In this document: piece by piece, positions 11,601-24,700 of the stretch
Layout: each line of letters begins with the position of its first letter
How positions within the stretch are numbered: the stretch's first letter is position 1
NCBI GenBank assembly: GCA_051362555.1
Contig: CM120640.1
Span: 56,646,788 to 56,710,787 of the forward strand
Direction of reading: 5' to 3'
Source of the DNA: Lingula anatina
Lineage: Eukaryota; Animalia; Brachiopoda
DNA: 64,000 bases
The notes under the pieces: model-generated
Told to the model about the DNA's origin: nothing
Databases searched by the model: none
The model's input: only the letters and a program-made list of their open reading frames with translations
Program-made: the position numbers and the translations under genes

Positions 11601-14600
11601 TTTGTGTCACAAATATACCAAAACTATATGTTTATCATGTTTGTTGTTATTAATAGTATTATTATTCATAATTAGTTTGAGTCTACCCTTCTGGCATCAC
11701 GTTATGAAGAAGTGCAAGCTTTGGCTTTCAAATATGGGCATGTGGTTACATTACTCGAAGTAAGTTGTACATATTTCTTTAAACAACTAAATAAAATTAT
11801 TTGTTTGCCTATTGAATCAAGTGACCTTATTCATTAATATGAGAAATCAGCTGAACAAGATTAACTCAGATCAGTAATTTTACAGAAAAATGTGCTGACT
11901 TAAAGCCATGGGTGTACATGTAGCTATAGTCTTTCTTTTCTTCCCTGCTTTTCTTGAATTTTTGTTTATATCAGCATTTGAGGGTTATCATCAAACAAAT
12001 GTCTGAGGCCTGGGAGGATATTCTGCTGGAAATGGACTCAAAACTGGTGAAATTTGCTGAAGAAAAATATGTAAGTTCATATATTTCACATGTCATGTTG
12101 AGCTTAGAAATAGTGTTTGAATTACTAACATAACAGCATATGTGTTCATTAACTTGCTGACCCCGACATTTGTTTCTCTAGCAGAGATGTGGATTCTCCA
12201 AAGGCAGCCAGAGAAATCCAGCTATTAGTGTGATTAAACAAACTCTTTGTTAACAGTACAAAATATTCCCTATATACATATATTAAACACAACAAAAAAT
12301 GCATAATATATCAAAAGTGATTCTTTTAGTAAGGAACATTGAAGCCAATTAAAATACATCTATTAGACCTTCAACACAATTAAACTGAGGCTGATTTTAT
12401 CTTTAACCAAGGAGATGAAGCCATAATTGATGTTACTCAATCCTTTTACAACTGAAAGTATCCTTAAAAACTTAATTACAGTTCTTTCAAATGAATAACA
12501 TGCATTCAGATATTCAGGCAATTTTATTATTACTTTTCTGAAATTTCTTAGATAATTTTACCAAACTTTGACATAATTTTATTGAAAACAAGTTTCTCAA
12601 ATTATATATTTTTCCTTGAAGTCCTTTCTATGATATTACTTAAAAACACTAAATATCTGGATGTTAAACATGGCTCTTCACATATTTAGTATTTTTGTTA
12701 CAATATTTGCATTGCAGATGTTGGGGACAGGTACTGTGAGCAATGATTTCCTTGAGCTATTGCTGTTTGGAACTCCTAGGTGATGTATTTTCACTGTCTA
12801 TTCTTGTGTGGCATAGATACTTGATTGACAGTAAAGTGACATGAATATTTTAAAGGATGTTTCTCAAACAATTTTTTAGTTCATTAAGCAGTTTTTATTG
12901 CAAAGATTTTTATTTTACGAGCTGATATGAACATTTTAAGCATTATTATATTGTGTTTAATTTTAGTGATGAGTTGCAGTCCTTCCTTCTTCATGACTTG
13001 ACAGAGAAGGTATGTCCATAGTTTGTAGTTTATAAATATAAGCAATAAGTAGTGGATTTTGCTCATTGTCATTGATGTCCAAAAGCATGTTATCTTCATT
13101 AATAAAAAAAGATGACTTGAACTGAAATGTCACTATAGCACGCAAGGGCTATACAGATAAATTATAAGTCAAGGAAAAGCATATGTTGATTTGGTGACAG
13201 GGTTTCTAGGTCGTAGTAATGATCTGCTTTGCGTATCAATGGACGATCATTCACTTCAGCAAGTACACTAAGTAATGTCTCGTCATCCACTAATCTATTC
13301 CCCAAGATTGAATGCATGATTTTCCGTACTGATCTGATTTAACACTCCCATACGCCGCCTGCATGGCTTGCACTTGGAGGATTGAAATGCCATTGAAAGT
13401 TGCGTTGTAACAGAGAATCGTCGATTTTTTCTTGATTCCACTCCTGTAAAATGCGTTTAAGATCTGCTTCTGCACTTCTGAAATTGGTCCCGATATCACT
13501 GAATATTTCACACAGTGGTCCTCGTCGACTAATAAAATGCAAAACCACTTGTATGAATGAATCTGATGCCAGATTAAAGGATATCTCTAAATGCACTGCT
13601 CTTGTTGCCATACATGTAAAAATGCAACCATACTGCTTGTTTGTTCCTCTTCTGCATTTCATTAATAGCAGTCCAAAGTAGTCTACATCAACAATGAAAT
13701 GGTGGGTTCCCTGGAGTCACACGACTTCTTGGAAGTGGGGCTTTTAGCTCTTGCTCACGGTATCGACCCCTTAGTTCGGCTTCTGCTTCTTCAAATTCCA
13801 ACTGAGCATTAGCCATAGCAAGTGCTGCTTTTGTCTTTTGAGATTACGATACTGAATACAAACTGTTGGTTTTGAATTATCTATGGGATGGTCCAAAATC
13901 AACTAAGCTGCCGTGATAAGCCATGGTGGAAATTTCAGTGGGATGATAGAAGTGTTTTTACTTTATATAGCACGCAAGGGCTATACAGATAAATTAAAAG
14001 TCAAGGAAAAGTGTATGTTGTTCACTGGTCCTTGGTTTTATTTCACGCAGGAATTCACAAGACACGTAAAAACTAAAAAAAAAAAAAACAAAACAAAAAG
14101 AAAATTACAATAATGCCCTCACTACCAGTTATTTACGTGCTTAAATTTTTACATAAAAATGATAAATTTCAGTAATTATCAATAGTCAATAATAATCAAT
14201 ATTAACAGTATTAAAAACTCACCATTTCTGCCATTCCTTTGACTATAAATTGCAAGTAGCAAAAGTGAAAATAGCTGATCAAAAAGAAAGAGTACACTAT
14301 GTGTTCCTCCTACGGAGACACTGTGCTGAATGAAATAAAAAGCAAACTCGTGGGGCACCACCCTGAATGAAAAGCTGTCATATGCAAATGAATGTTTATT
14401 GCATTAGTTGAGCCAGTCACCTGGCTCCTCAACCTCAATAAAAGTAAACTAAACATTACAGTCACCTTTGTTTGGCCTCATCTTGTTATTCTATGAATGT
14501 TTTAAAGTTTGAGAAATTCACACTTTATGTAATATTTAATACTTTTTCCTTTAACTTCTTAGGGTTTAAAGAAATTGGGTCATTCCATAGAAACATCCTA

Positions 14601-17600
14601 TTCTAATATACAAAAACTGGTGTTGAAGCATTTACAGAGGTAAGTGAAAGCATAGTAGAAAAATTAAATGTCACATGTACACGAATAAAAAGCATCACGG
14701 ATTTCTTTAAATATATATCTGAAGTGTATTATAATGCTTCTAATTATGCCTTATTATTTATGAAATATTTGCTCTTGTTTTCCAGTGTAACCCAAGCACT
14801 CATTTACCATTTGAATGAGATAGCAGGGATGGCTAGTTGGTATGATAGATTTGGTCTGCTCGGCTTGTCCAGTCCCAGCGTACAAGAGGCTGTTCAAATG
14901 GCAGGAGCTTTTATGCTGAAAGCAGTAGAACTGCAGCAGTAAGTTGAAACAGTCATTTCTGATCACTTTTTCTATTTCCTTTGAAATAGGCAAAGATTGA
15001 TGAAACTCTGTTAAGTTATAGTTATGCAAAATATATTTTATTGTCTTATTTCTTAGGGTCATTGATGGGAGCATGAAAAATTTCAAAGCATTCTTTAGAT
15101 GGCTGTATGTTGGTATGTATATAAGTTGAAAATATGAGGCTTGATTAAACTTCACTTGAAGTCCTATAATTATCTTCAAAATATTGAGGCAGAATTCTTT
15201 ACAACATCCACATATTTTATCTCTTGTTTGAATCCAATTATGTACTTTTTTCATAAAAAAGCATGTAGCTTTTTTAATTACTACCTGTAGTGTTAGTTAT
15301 GATTAATTAGACTTAAGGAATATTTAACTGAATTACAAACTTAACTTAAAATATGTATTTTTATTTATTTAGTGATTCAGAGGCTGTCCCAGGAAGCTAT
15401 CCCAGCAGAGCTCAGCAAAGTATGGGTGATAGAATATAGATTGTAAACCTTTTTGACTGTTAATGTTTTCTTTGAGAGATTTTTAAATATTATTAATGAA
15501 AATGTCTTTGCCATGTAAATGTGTGTTAAACAAATATTTTATAAGTATTCAAATGTTACTTTTATTGAATTTTTATTATTTTGTCCACTTTTACCTAATT
15601 ACGATTGTCTTTTCTATAGATGACTCAACAAGATTTGAACTTTGTCACAGATTTCCTAAAGGAATATTTTACTGAGGTAAGTTGTTCAGTGTCCAAGACA
15701 AATGGTGGCTATAATATAATTCCAGAATTATTTGAAGCAACTTCAAATGTAATGAAATTGTCTGTCACCCATTATAATGTGATAATGTTAAACTGATTTT
15801 ACCTGGAGAGGTCTATAAGTCTGAAAAATTAATTTTCTTCTACTTATTACTTTTTGCAAAAGGGCAATTTCCTCCACAGGTTAAGCTAAGTCTGGACCAT
15901 TTGCTTATTTTTATAATCAATATAGCGCATTATGTCCATAATCCTTATTTGATTTTAGGAAATGGATGGCAGCTGTAAATCAGGATTCAAATTAGAAAAA
16001 GTGGGGCAGGTAATTATTTATGTTTTCTTTTTTATTATGATAGATTTTCTCTCATTCACATAATGTTTGGAGTATTTTTGAAATAGTTAAAGGGATAATA
16101 ACTCTTCATATGAGATCTATATTTCACAATAAAAACATTGTGAATAACTCATAGAAATATAATATATTCTGTTTAACCACAAAAACGGCAGTTATAGCTA
16201 TTATTCTGATATCTGAGCTTGTCTTTAGACCACGTGACCTCCATTGATGGCTATACTCTGTTAAAATCTCTTAAGAGATTTTAACAAAAAACCAAACTTT
16301 TTAGAAAAAAACCAGGGACTAACTTTGAATGTAAAAATGGATTCATTAACCATTGGTAAGTATGAGAAAATTGTTGTTCACTCCAGGAAAATTCATTTTT
16401 TGGCCAAAATGAAGAGTCATTATCACTTTAAGTACAATAGTGAAGTTATAAAAACAGAACTTTAAACTTAAATTTAACTTCAGTACTTGAAACATGAAGA
16501 GCTCCAGGAACCTCTTCCAAACACAGATAATCCATGGCTGAAGTTTGTCAATTCTAGTCAGCTGTTGCAAGGTGAGGTTACTTTAATTACTTTGACTTGA
16601 CAGTAAATTACAAATGTAAGTAATTTTTTGTTTGTTTTAATGTTTTTGGCGCTCAAAACTTTTTATGTAATGCTTTCTGTCATTAATTGTTTTATTTTAT
16701 TGTCAGTATGTTTTAAAAATGTTGTTTATATTATCTTTGACATTTATTTTAGAAAGCCCAGTGCTGTTCAAACCGCAAGTCAGACAGTCCTTGGTCCAGG
16801 TGGAAGATAATCTAAGAACTGCGATAAATGTTGCTCTTACTAAACCCTCTGTAAGTATTTTATACATTTTTTGAAACTGCAACAATATGCTTGCACGCGT
16901 TTGCAGATTCACAGCAGTGTATGTCACTATTATTTAAACAGGTCTACTATTCACATTACTTAAGCAGTGGTAGAAATTATTATGATGCAAACAAACAGCT
17001 TGTGCATTGATTTCTTTTCCAAAGCTGCTTGACATAATAATGGTGTGAAAAATGTAAAAGTTATTTTATATTACATATCACTAGAATGCTTTTAAAATTG
17101 TGAGCAGAATTGACATCAGATATGTGTTTGACACTTAATTTCTTTTCAGTAATATACAACATTTCTGTTTTAGAGTGCAATCGGGCAATCTTTACAATGC
17201 AGTGGATCTTCTTATCTGTTCACATATCAAAATATGTAAGTATATCAGTAACAGTAGCAAACAATTTTGTTGCATTACAGAAATAATTATGTACATGTAT
17301 ATAGCAGAAATTATGGTTGTTCATTCACTTAAACCTTAAGTAGCAAGTTTATATTAATTTATCTGTTTTATTTTTATGTGTGACATTTTCTTTTACAGGG
17401 ATGAAAAAGAAGAAAAAAATAAACTACTCAAACCAAAGTTTACACAGTGAGTTTTTTTTTTTTTTCTCTTTTCTTTTGGCAAAGGCAAGTTTCAAAACAT
17501 AGTTGCTTCCTCATGCCCATAAATTATGTGTAATTTGTTACCAAAAGGCCAAAGAAAACCACTTCTGTCATTTGAACGGTTTAAAAACTCCTTTCATAAG

Positions 17601-18697
17601 AATCTTCTTGTATATATCTTCACAAAAGCAATAAAAGCTATGTATTTGCCTTGCAGCTTCACTGTTTGCAATCAGCAAGCTTACCAGTATGTGGTGTTTA
17701 CAGCATCTTGCTCACCATCAGATTATCTATACCTTGTCAGACAAAAAACACATGCAGGGTGAGTAGCCTAGTTGGTGTTAACTGTTAAACATTGTTTCTG
17801 TATAACTCACTGAAAAAAATAAGATGACGTTGATAAATACTTTCTTCTTGCTTTCATGTTTCAGCTGCATTTGCATTTGTTATATATTTATTTATTATTT
17901 TTTAACTGAAGAGTTACCAATGTTCTATGTTTTGTAGATCTGATGGAGCTGACATTTCTATTGTGAAACTTAAGTTTGGTTGTCTAGGCACAACTAACAG
18001 GGAAGAAAGTGGTAGGGATGACAGGTACTGTATACCAAGTTATCATATCTGCTTTGTCATGCTGTACACTTTATGTTAATAAAAATTATAATAAAGGGAT
18101 GGGAGTTTACATGAGAAGCTCTATGCTTATCGTGTTAAACGGTAGTAGACAGACTCTATTTACCCTGCCATTTTGGGATATTTGACAATGAACCTGAAGT
18201 ATTTTTTATGGTTTGATTAATCCTTCTGTGCCATATGTTGAAGTTCGTTATTTTATAGCTGTTCATTAGTCATAAAACATGAAGTTAATTGTTTACCTAC
18301 AATAATATGAGATATTGATCCTTTTTTAGCAGGGTTAACCAAAGGTGATATTTTTAATATTATCTATATGGTGATTTGGTTCGTTTCATCTAATTATAAT
18401 AGATAAAAGCCAGGAGAGAGGCTAAACTACAGTTACTTACTACTGTTTGTCTAGACTCCACTTTGTAGATATGAAAGTCATAAAAATCCACAAATGAAAT
18501 ATTCATTCAGACAGAGTCATCATGTGGATTTGAAATATTTAAATTTTATTATGACTGTAGAAACTTCACAGTTCTCAAAAATGGTTATAGAAAAGAAATG
18601 CAAAAATATTTTACTATTAATAAGCATGCTAATTGTACAACAAATCAAATCACAATCAGCGTTTACATGCAACTAAGTAAGTACACGTGTGCAAGGG

Positions 18698-18743
<46 letters not shown>

Positions 18744-21700
18744 CAGCAGTACAGAAAACACTTTGCATCACCAATAATTCCCCTCTTTATACATGGTTTA
18801 AGGGACATAATGCAGATATCATGCTAAATGAACATATGTATTACAATGTTGCCTGTGGTAGAAAATGTTAGTATTGCCTAGCGAATAATGACACATTGCT
18901 CAGAGGAAGCTCTTTGAAATCACTACTAGTTTTCCTGTTGGTTGTATTTATGGTCAGTAAATGATTATACCTTCTGGTCATCTAACTCCCCAGATGACCA
19001 GTGGCTTACTGATCAAGGCAGACGCATGTTAATGTCATAAGTTAGAATGAATATAAGGCTTCATTCACATGGAATGTCTATTTTCAAAAAATCTATTTTC
19101 TATTCGCGCTATCTTATGATCACGGTCTGTGCCCTGAATATCCCGCGGCGTAATTACTGGCAGCGCGAGCCAGTTACTTATAGTAACTTATAGTAACTGG
19201 CTCGCGCTGCCAGTAATTACGCCGCGGGATATTCAGGGCACAGACCGTGATCATAAGACATACCGCAAATAGAAAATAGAATTTAGAAAATAGACATTGC
19301 ATGTGAATGAAGCCTAACTCACTGAATAATGCTTATTAGCATAGTTCTGGTCAGATGACAGAAAGGGATGCAGAACAAACAGAATGACTTCTTTAATGTT
19401 ATGATTTTAGAATTAAAGATTGCAGTTGGTCATGTAATTCTATAAATATGATACTTGGGTATAAAATTGTTTTATATATTTTCTTCTCCATTGCCATTTT
19501 TTTTATTTACAACACTGATTTCTTTGGCGATATGCTAATAAAATTTTATCTCCCATGCTGTTCATGAGTAAGTTACAAGTTAATAACAGGTGTGTAACAG
19601 TGCATTTTATCATTCATTTATCATATAAGCAATAATGCTTTGTACTTGATTTCTTATCATATAAGAAATTAATTGTAAAGTGTGAGAACTTTAATTATGG
19701 GACTAGTTCAATTGAGAATCTGCATATTTTAAGATACACAAATCTCGTCTGCTCTCCAGGAGCAGTTTGACTGGTCAGTTTATATCATTGTCTGCATCAG
19801 TGTATTTTCGTTTTCACTGCCTTGAATGAGCTCTGTGTTTGAAGTGGTGTTTAGGTCTGGTCTTGCTCCTAAACTTGTAAGTGGTGCTGTTGATGTGCAC
19901 TCTGGGATGCTTCTTGTGTGTCTGCTTTTTCACAGGACAGTGAGAATCTGGAAGAGTAAAATAAGTTATAACAAATGCATAATTATCATATAGACACTTG
20001 TAGTATTGAAACTTGGTATTAATCAGGTTTTTGTTAAGTCCAAAACATTTTATAATCAAACAATAGGTTAATTACCTTTAGATTACTAACTTATTTATCA
20101 AATTCAATTAATTACTCACACATATTTTTTCCTATTAAAAATAGTCATTATATATTCATTAGAAATTTAACCCTAAATACTTCATTTAAGATATACATAC
20201 TTTACATTGATTATTTAAAGGTTTGTGTTAAAAAGAGCAAATATGATATGGCCATACAGGAACCTTGGATTATACAAAGGCATGAGTTTTATTGATGTAT
20301 CACTTACAATGTTTCTACACAAACTTCATTTATCACATTAGTTTGAAGTTACCATAAGGTGAGAAAAATTGTTCAAGGGCCTCCTACCTGGATATCTAAG
20401 TGGATAATTAGGGGGATTTTGTCATGTGGTTATGAGTGGATTGCCTTATCACTTGGGCTTTAAGTGGTAGAGGACCATATGGTGCCCTTACCTTGGTTGA
20501 AGATTAGATACCCAAGTATTTGGTAGGGTTAGTGATTAGTCTACCTGTGTAGTGGATTTATTGCTACTTTTCACTTATTGACAATGGCAGAGTTTGTATT
20601 ACTTCAACTAATTTGGCAATATGTTGAGTGTAGTGGTATTTTGTGAACAGAACATCTGTTATATTTTTCTGGAGGTATATTGTGATGCAACTATGATACG
20701 GGGTTGAGAAATATTAGAACAAAGGGAAATGTACCTGTAGCAGGTTATGGTCCAGATGTTACTTTCAACGGATTGAAGATTTATAGCAAAAATTCAAGGG
20801 ATTTCATTTTTTTAATGTTTGGTCGTGATGATTATGTGATAAAGATATTGTGAAAGTCCTATCAGACTATTATGCAGTTTAATCAAGCTGCTACATTCCC
20901 ACACTCTCCTTATCTTTGCACGTGTCACACATTTTACCTTTCATGTTTGGCACAACAGAACCACAAGTAATATGTTGATCACCAGGATTTAAATATTCTT
21001 AATGGAGAAATGCAGCTCTTCCCCTTTATCTTCAAAGTTTATTTTCACATTTTGGTGTAAACAAAGATTATGATAGCAGAAAAAAAGATTTTTCAAGATG
21101 AAATTAAAGACAATATATTGAACATTTCATTGTTTAAGATGTAAGTTACAAAATAATGAATCTAATCAAGTGAATCTAATTCATCCAGAAGTGCCAGAAG
21201 TGGTTGTCTTTGTTGGGATGACACCCCAAAAACTTTATATCTCCAGGTTTACCAGATGTACACCTTTTTAGAAAATTGAGTTTTTTATCTTTAGTCTGTA
21301 GTAAGCCAATGCAAGTTTAAGTGTCTGTGGATTGTTTTGGTAGCATAAATGCACACAGATAAAGAATGTGGCACGTGCCACTTCGCAATGAAATTTACAT
21401 TTCAAAGTACACAGTTAAAAGGGACAGCTGTTTTGGCAAACCCAAATTACCATTAAAAGATGTCAGTGCATTGACTGTGTGCAAGTCTCATTTCCCATGT
21501 GAAAAATGACCTCACTTTAGCTTAACTGTCAGATAGAGAGGTGATAGCAACATATCTTGCATTTGATTTTCACCTGCAAATGTCTGCCTCTATTGTTCCT
21601 ATGTGGTATTATCTTTGATTTGTGGCATCTATTCACCTGCACAATACTAGTGCTCTCCACTTGATTGACACTAGGCTACATTTCAGATAATTACTTACAT

Positions 21701-24700
21701 CATAAGGTTGGTTGTATGATTATTTAGACATTCTATATTTTCATTGCATTTTGTATTTGCCATTCAGTTCAAACTTTTTTCAGTCAAAAAAATGGCTAAT
21801 CCATTTGATTTCTTGAGGATTTGAAATTTTGGTACCTTTTTTCTCTCCTGGATTTTGATTCAATTATTGCTCTTCTATTATAACTTAGTACATTTGACAA
21901 GGATGCTGTCTGGTCTTATTTTAGTTATGCAGAAGTTGCCACATGCACATGTGTCCTGATTAAATGTTTACTTCAATGTTTCAGTAAATAGTTAGCTCCA
22001 GTTTGTAATAATACTGTAACATACTGTATTCAGGGGCGGATTTAGGCCGTCTTCTGGGTCTTCTGGAAGACGGTCAGATTTTCAAGTTTACATTGACAGG
22101 TATCTATTTTTTTCTGTTGGAAGACGGTCAAAATTCGAGGATGGATCAACAAAGATAATTTGGAAGACTGTCAGAAAATAGCTCTGGATCCGCCCCTGGT
22201 ATTCATAGGGGTGTCAGAGATGACCACTTTTACTTATTTAAACTGCATAATTAAAAACGTAATTTGCAGTTAATCACAACAGGTGTCATGAATACACTAC
22301 ACTAAATATACGCATGTAAACAATGACATGAGACTCAAATCATCGATATGTTATCAGCATTTTAGGGTTCCTCACACATTCCTCATTTCCTCTCACAGAT
22401 AATTACTTGTTTTTATTGATATGATATATTACTGGCATTGTCTTTCTTTTTTTCCTTGTGTTAATTTAGAATTTTTACCATAAACTATGAAGTTGGTCTA
22501 TAATGGTGAGATTTTTAAAAACTGATTCAAAAATAGATGAGAGGCATGCCCCTCTTAGCAATTGTTTGCCTTAAATTTCTCCTTAGTTACATCCGCATTT
22601 CCTCCTCTTTCACTTCTAACAGCCAACAGTTATTTCCTTTCATGGGTCATAAATGACATTTTACAGTTTCATCACATCCCTGGCATTCATACATTTTTCC
22701 CTTTCTTACCTGTAAACTTGAAAGCATGCCAAGAGAGAAAAGGGCTCTCTATGCTTCCTACACCTGTGGCATAGGAATGAACTTATAGATAAGCTTAAGG
22801 CCTGGAGTTTTTTAAACTGCATGCAAATATTCACCCCCAGCCTATTGACCTCTCCTGCAGTATCTTGTTGTTGTAGTTTGAAAATGCCTGAACCCTGACT
22901 GAGACTTTGTTAATTTGTGATGATGCGCCTAAGCCACTTGTGTTTCTCGAGGCTTTGGTGCCACTGAAGTAGTGAAAATTTGGGAGAAGAAGTCGACATT
23001 AATGGGCTTTATTGACAAGATGTGCTATCTGGTGCCAGTAACATTAAGTAGACCAAAAACTTTCTGATTTGGAGCTCTAGCTGGTACACGTTAAGGTTTT
23101 TAGGCATATTGGCTCTAGGTTTGAATAGCAATAGATGTATTTATTTGAAGGAGAACAAAGTTTAATAATATGTTAAATTGTGTAGATGTTTACTACTGTA
23201 TGTTTATATTAGGTTATCATTAATAGTCCTATAATAGAAAACCCCTCCAGGTATTTTTTGTTTCTTTTCTTCATTTTTCATTTGTTTTTTCTTTTTTCAA
23301 ATTTTAAACGCACCTATATAAACTTACAAATAGCAAAAACAAATCACCATTTCTAATCTGTTTTCATATGAATGCATGTTATTTAACAAATTGCTCATGT
23401 GCTATAAATTTTTTAGCATACACAGACAATAAGCCTTTTAACCACACTAAAATGCAGAATCTCAGCAGATGTGACATCGTGTTGGGTTGAACTCTTGTCA
23501 TCTGCTACTTACGCCTTTAGCTTGCCACATGTTGACATTTTTTCCAGCTTTATTCTTTGTTGTCAAGGTTGCCAACTTTACACTCCCCAAACTACATAGG
23601 TCTGCAAAACCCCAAAACAACAGGAATTGATCCTAGAAAATGCATTGCAAACCCTGTGCTTTTGTGCAAATAGATAACTCATGTAAACTCAGTGAATCTC
23701 TTACCTGGGGTTTGCCATAATTCCACAGCAATGATATGGTGGCTTCTGGAAAAGTCTTTAATTTGATGAAAATGGTCACAGTCCCAAAGGGCCATATGAC
23801 CATCAGCATGCAGAGTCCTCTCTCTGAAAGTCAGCAGACGAACAATACCTTGTTTACCCATCAGAAATTTGGCAATAACATCAGGCCCACCACTGTGGAG
23901 CCTCAGAATGACAGGACTCTCATATTTTGCCGCTAGGAATGGTCCACTAGCTATGGCTCTGAATATGTAACGATGATTGTCTTTTCCACGTATAGTTTCA
24001 TTTTTTTGCACAGTGTAAGTGGGAAGATGGTTGACAACTGCATGTCTTCCTCCTATGGTATTGAGTGTATATGAGAGTCTCAGGCTGCTTGTGTTGTGTC
24101 TCCAGTGTTTAGTTTGTCTTCCTATTAAGGTGTAGAGTTCTGTGTCACTGTACTTCCCACCATAATGTCTGTAGCCTGGATAGTGAGCCTTTAGGTCTTC
24201 AAACTTTGGCAGTTGGAGCTTTTACAAAAAATGAAAAAAAAATTAAGGATTTTTGCAATTAGCTGTTGAAGAAGTGAACATAAAAGGAACTTTTGGTACA
24301 GTTTCCTGAAACCAAGTTATTTCATATTTTAATTCGATTTAATTGTAGAAATGCTTATAATTTGCTGAATCTATGAGTTTGTTTGATAAATCTCTTTGTT
24401 AGATAACATAAGAAGTGTAATTACATTAAATGCCTTTAAGGCTTCAAGGTGCCATAAGTCTTTTCTTACATGGTTAAACATAAATACTTACAGAATTTGC
24501 CATTGCTATAAAAACACTCCAAAAAGGAACAATCCATGTAAGTTTCCACCCCATCTTTTTTCCTTTTTTCTCCAGACTTGTATTTTTAAGTTCTTCTTCA
24601 GTTCATGAATATCTGCTTACATATGTTTAGAAAACTTCATTAACTGAGAGTTTTATCTGTCCTCTGTGCTTCAACCATAAAGTGTTGTTGTATTGGCTGT

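Noticed and set aside
20700-20855. Short coding-looking stretch (GNVPVAGYGPDVTFNGLKIY...)
   Set aside because: Bounded by stops, with no convincing splice sites and no recognised family. It may be a decayed element.
22915-22970. C/D box snoRNA-like pattern (GTGATGA...CTGA)
   Set aside because: Too short, with no terminal stem and no recognisable rRNA guide.
23009-23028. Alternative short terminal exon for the nested gene (DSTSCQ*)
   Set aside because: The acceptor has little polypyrimidine tract. The exon at 19947 has a much stronger acceptor.
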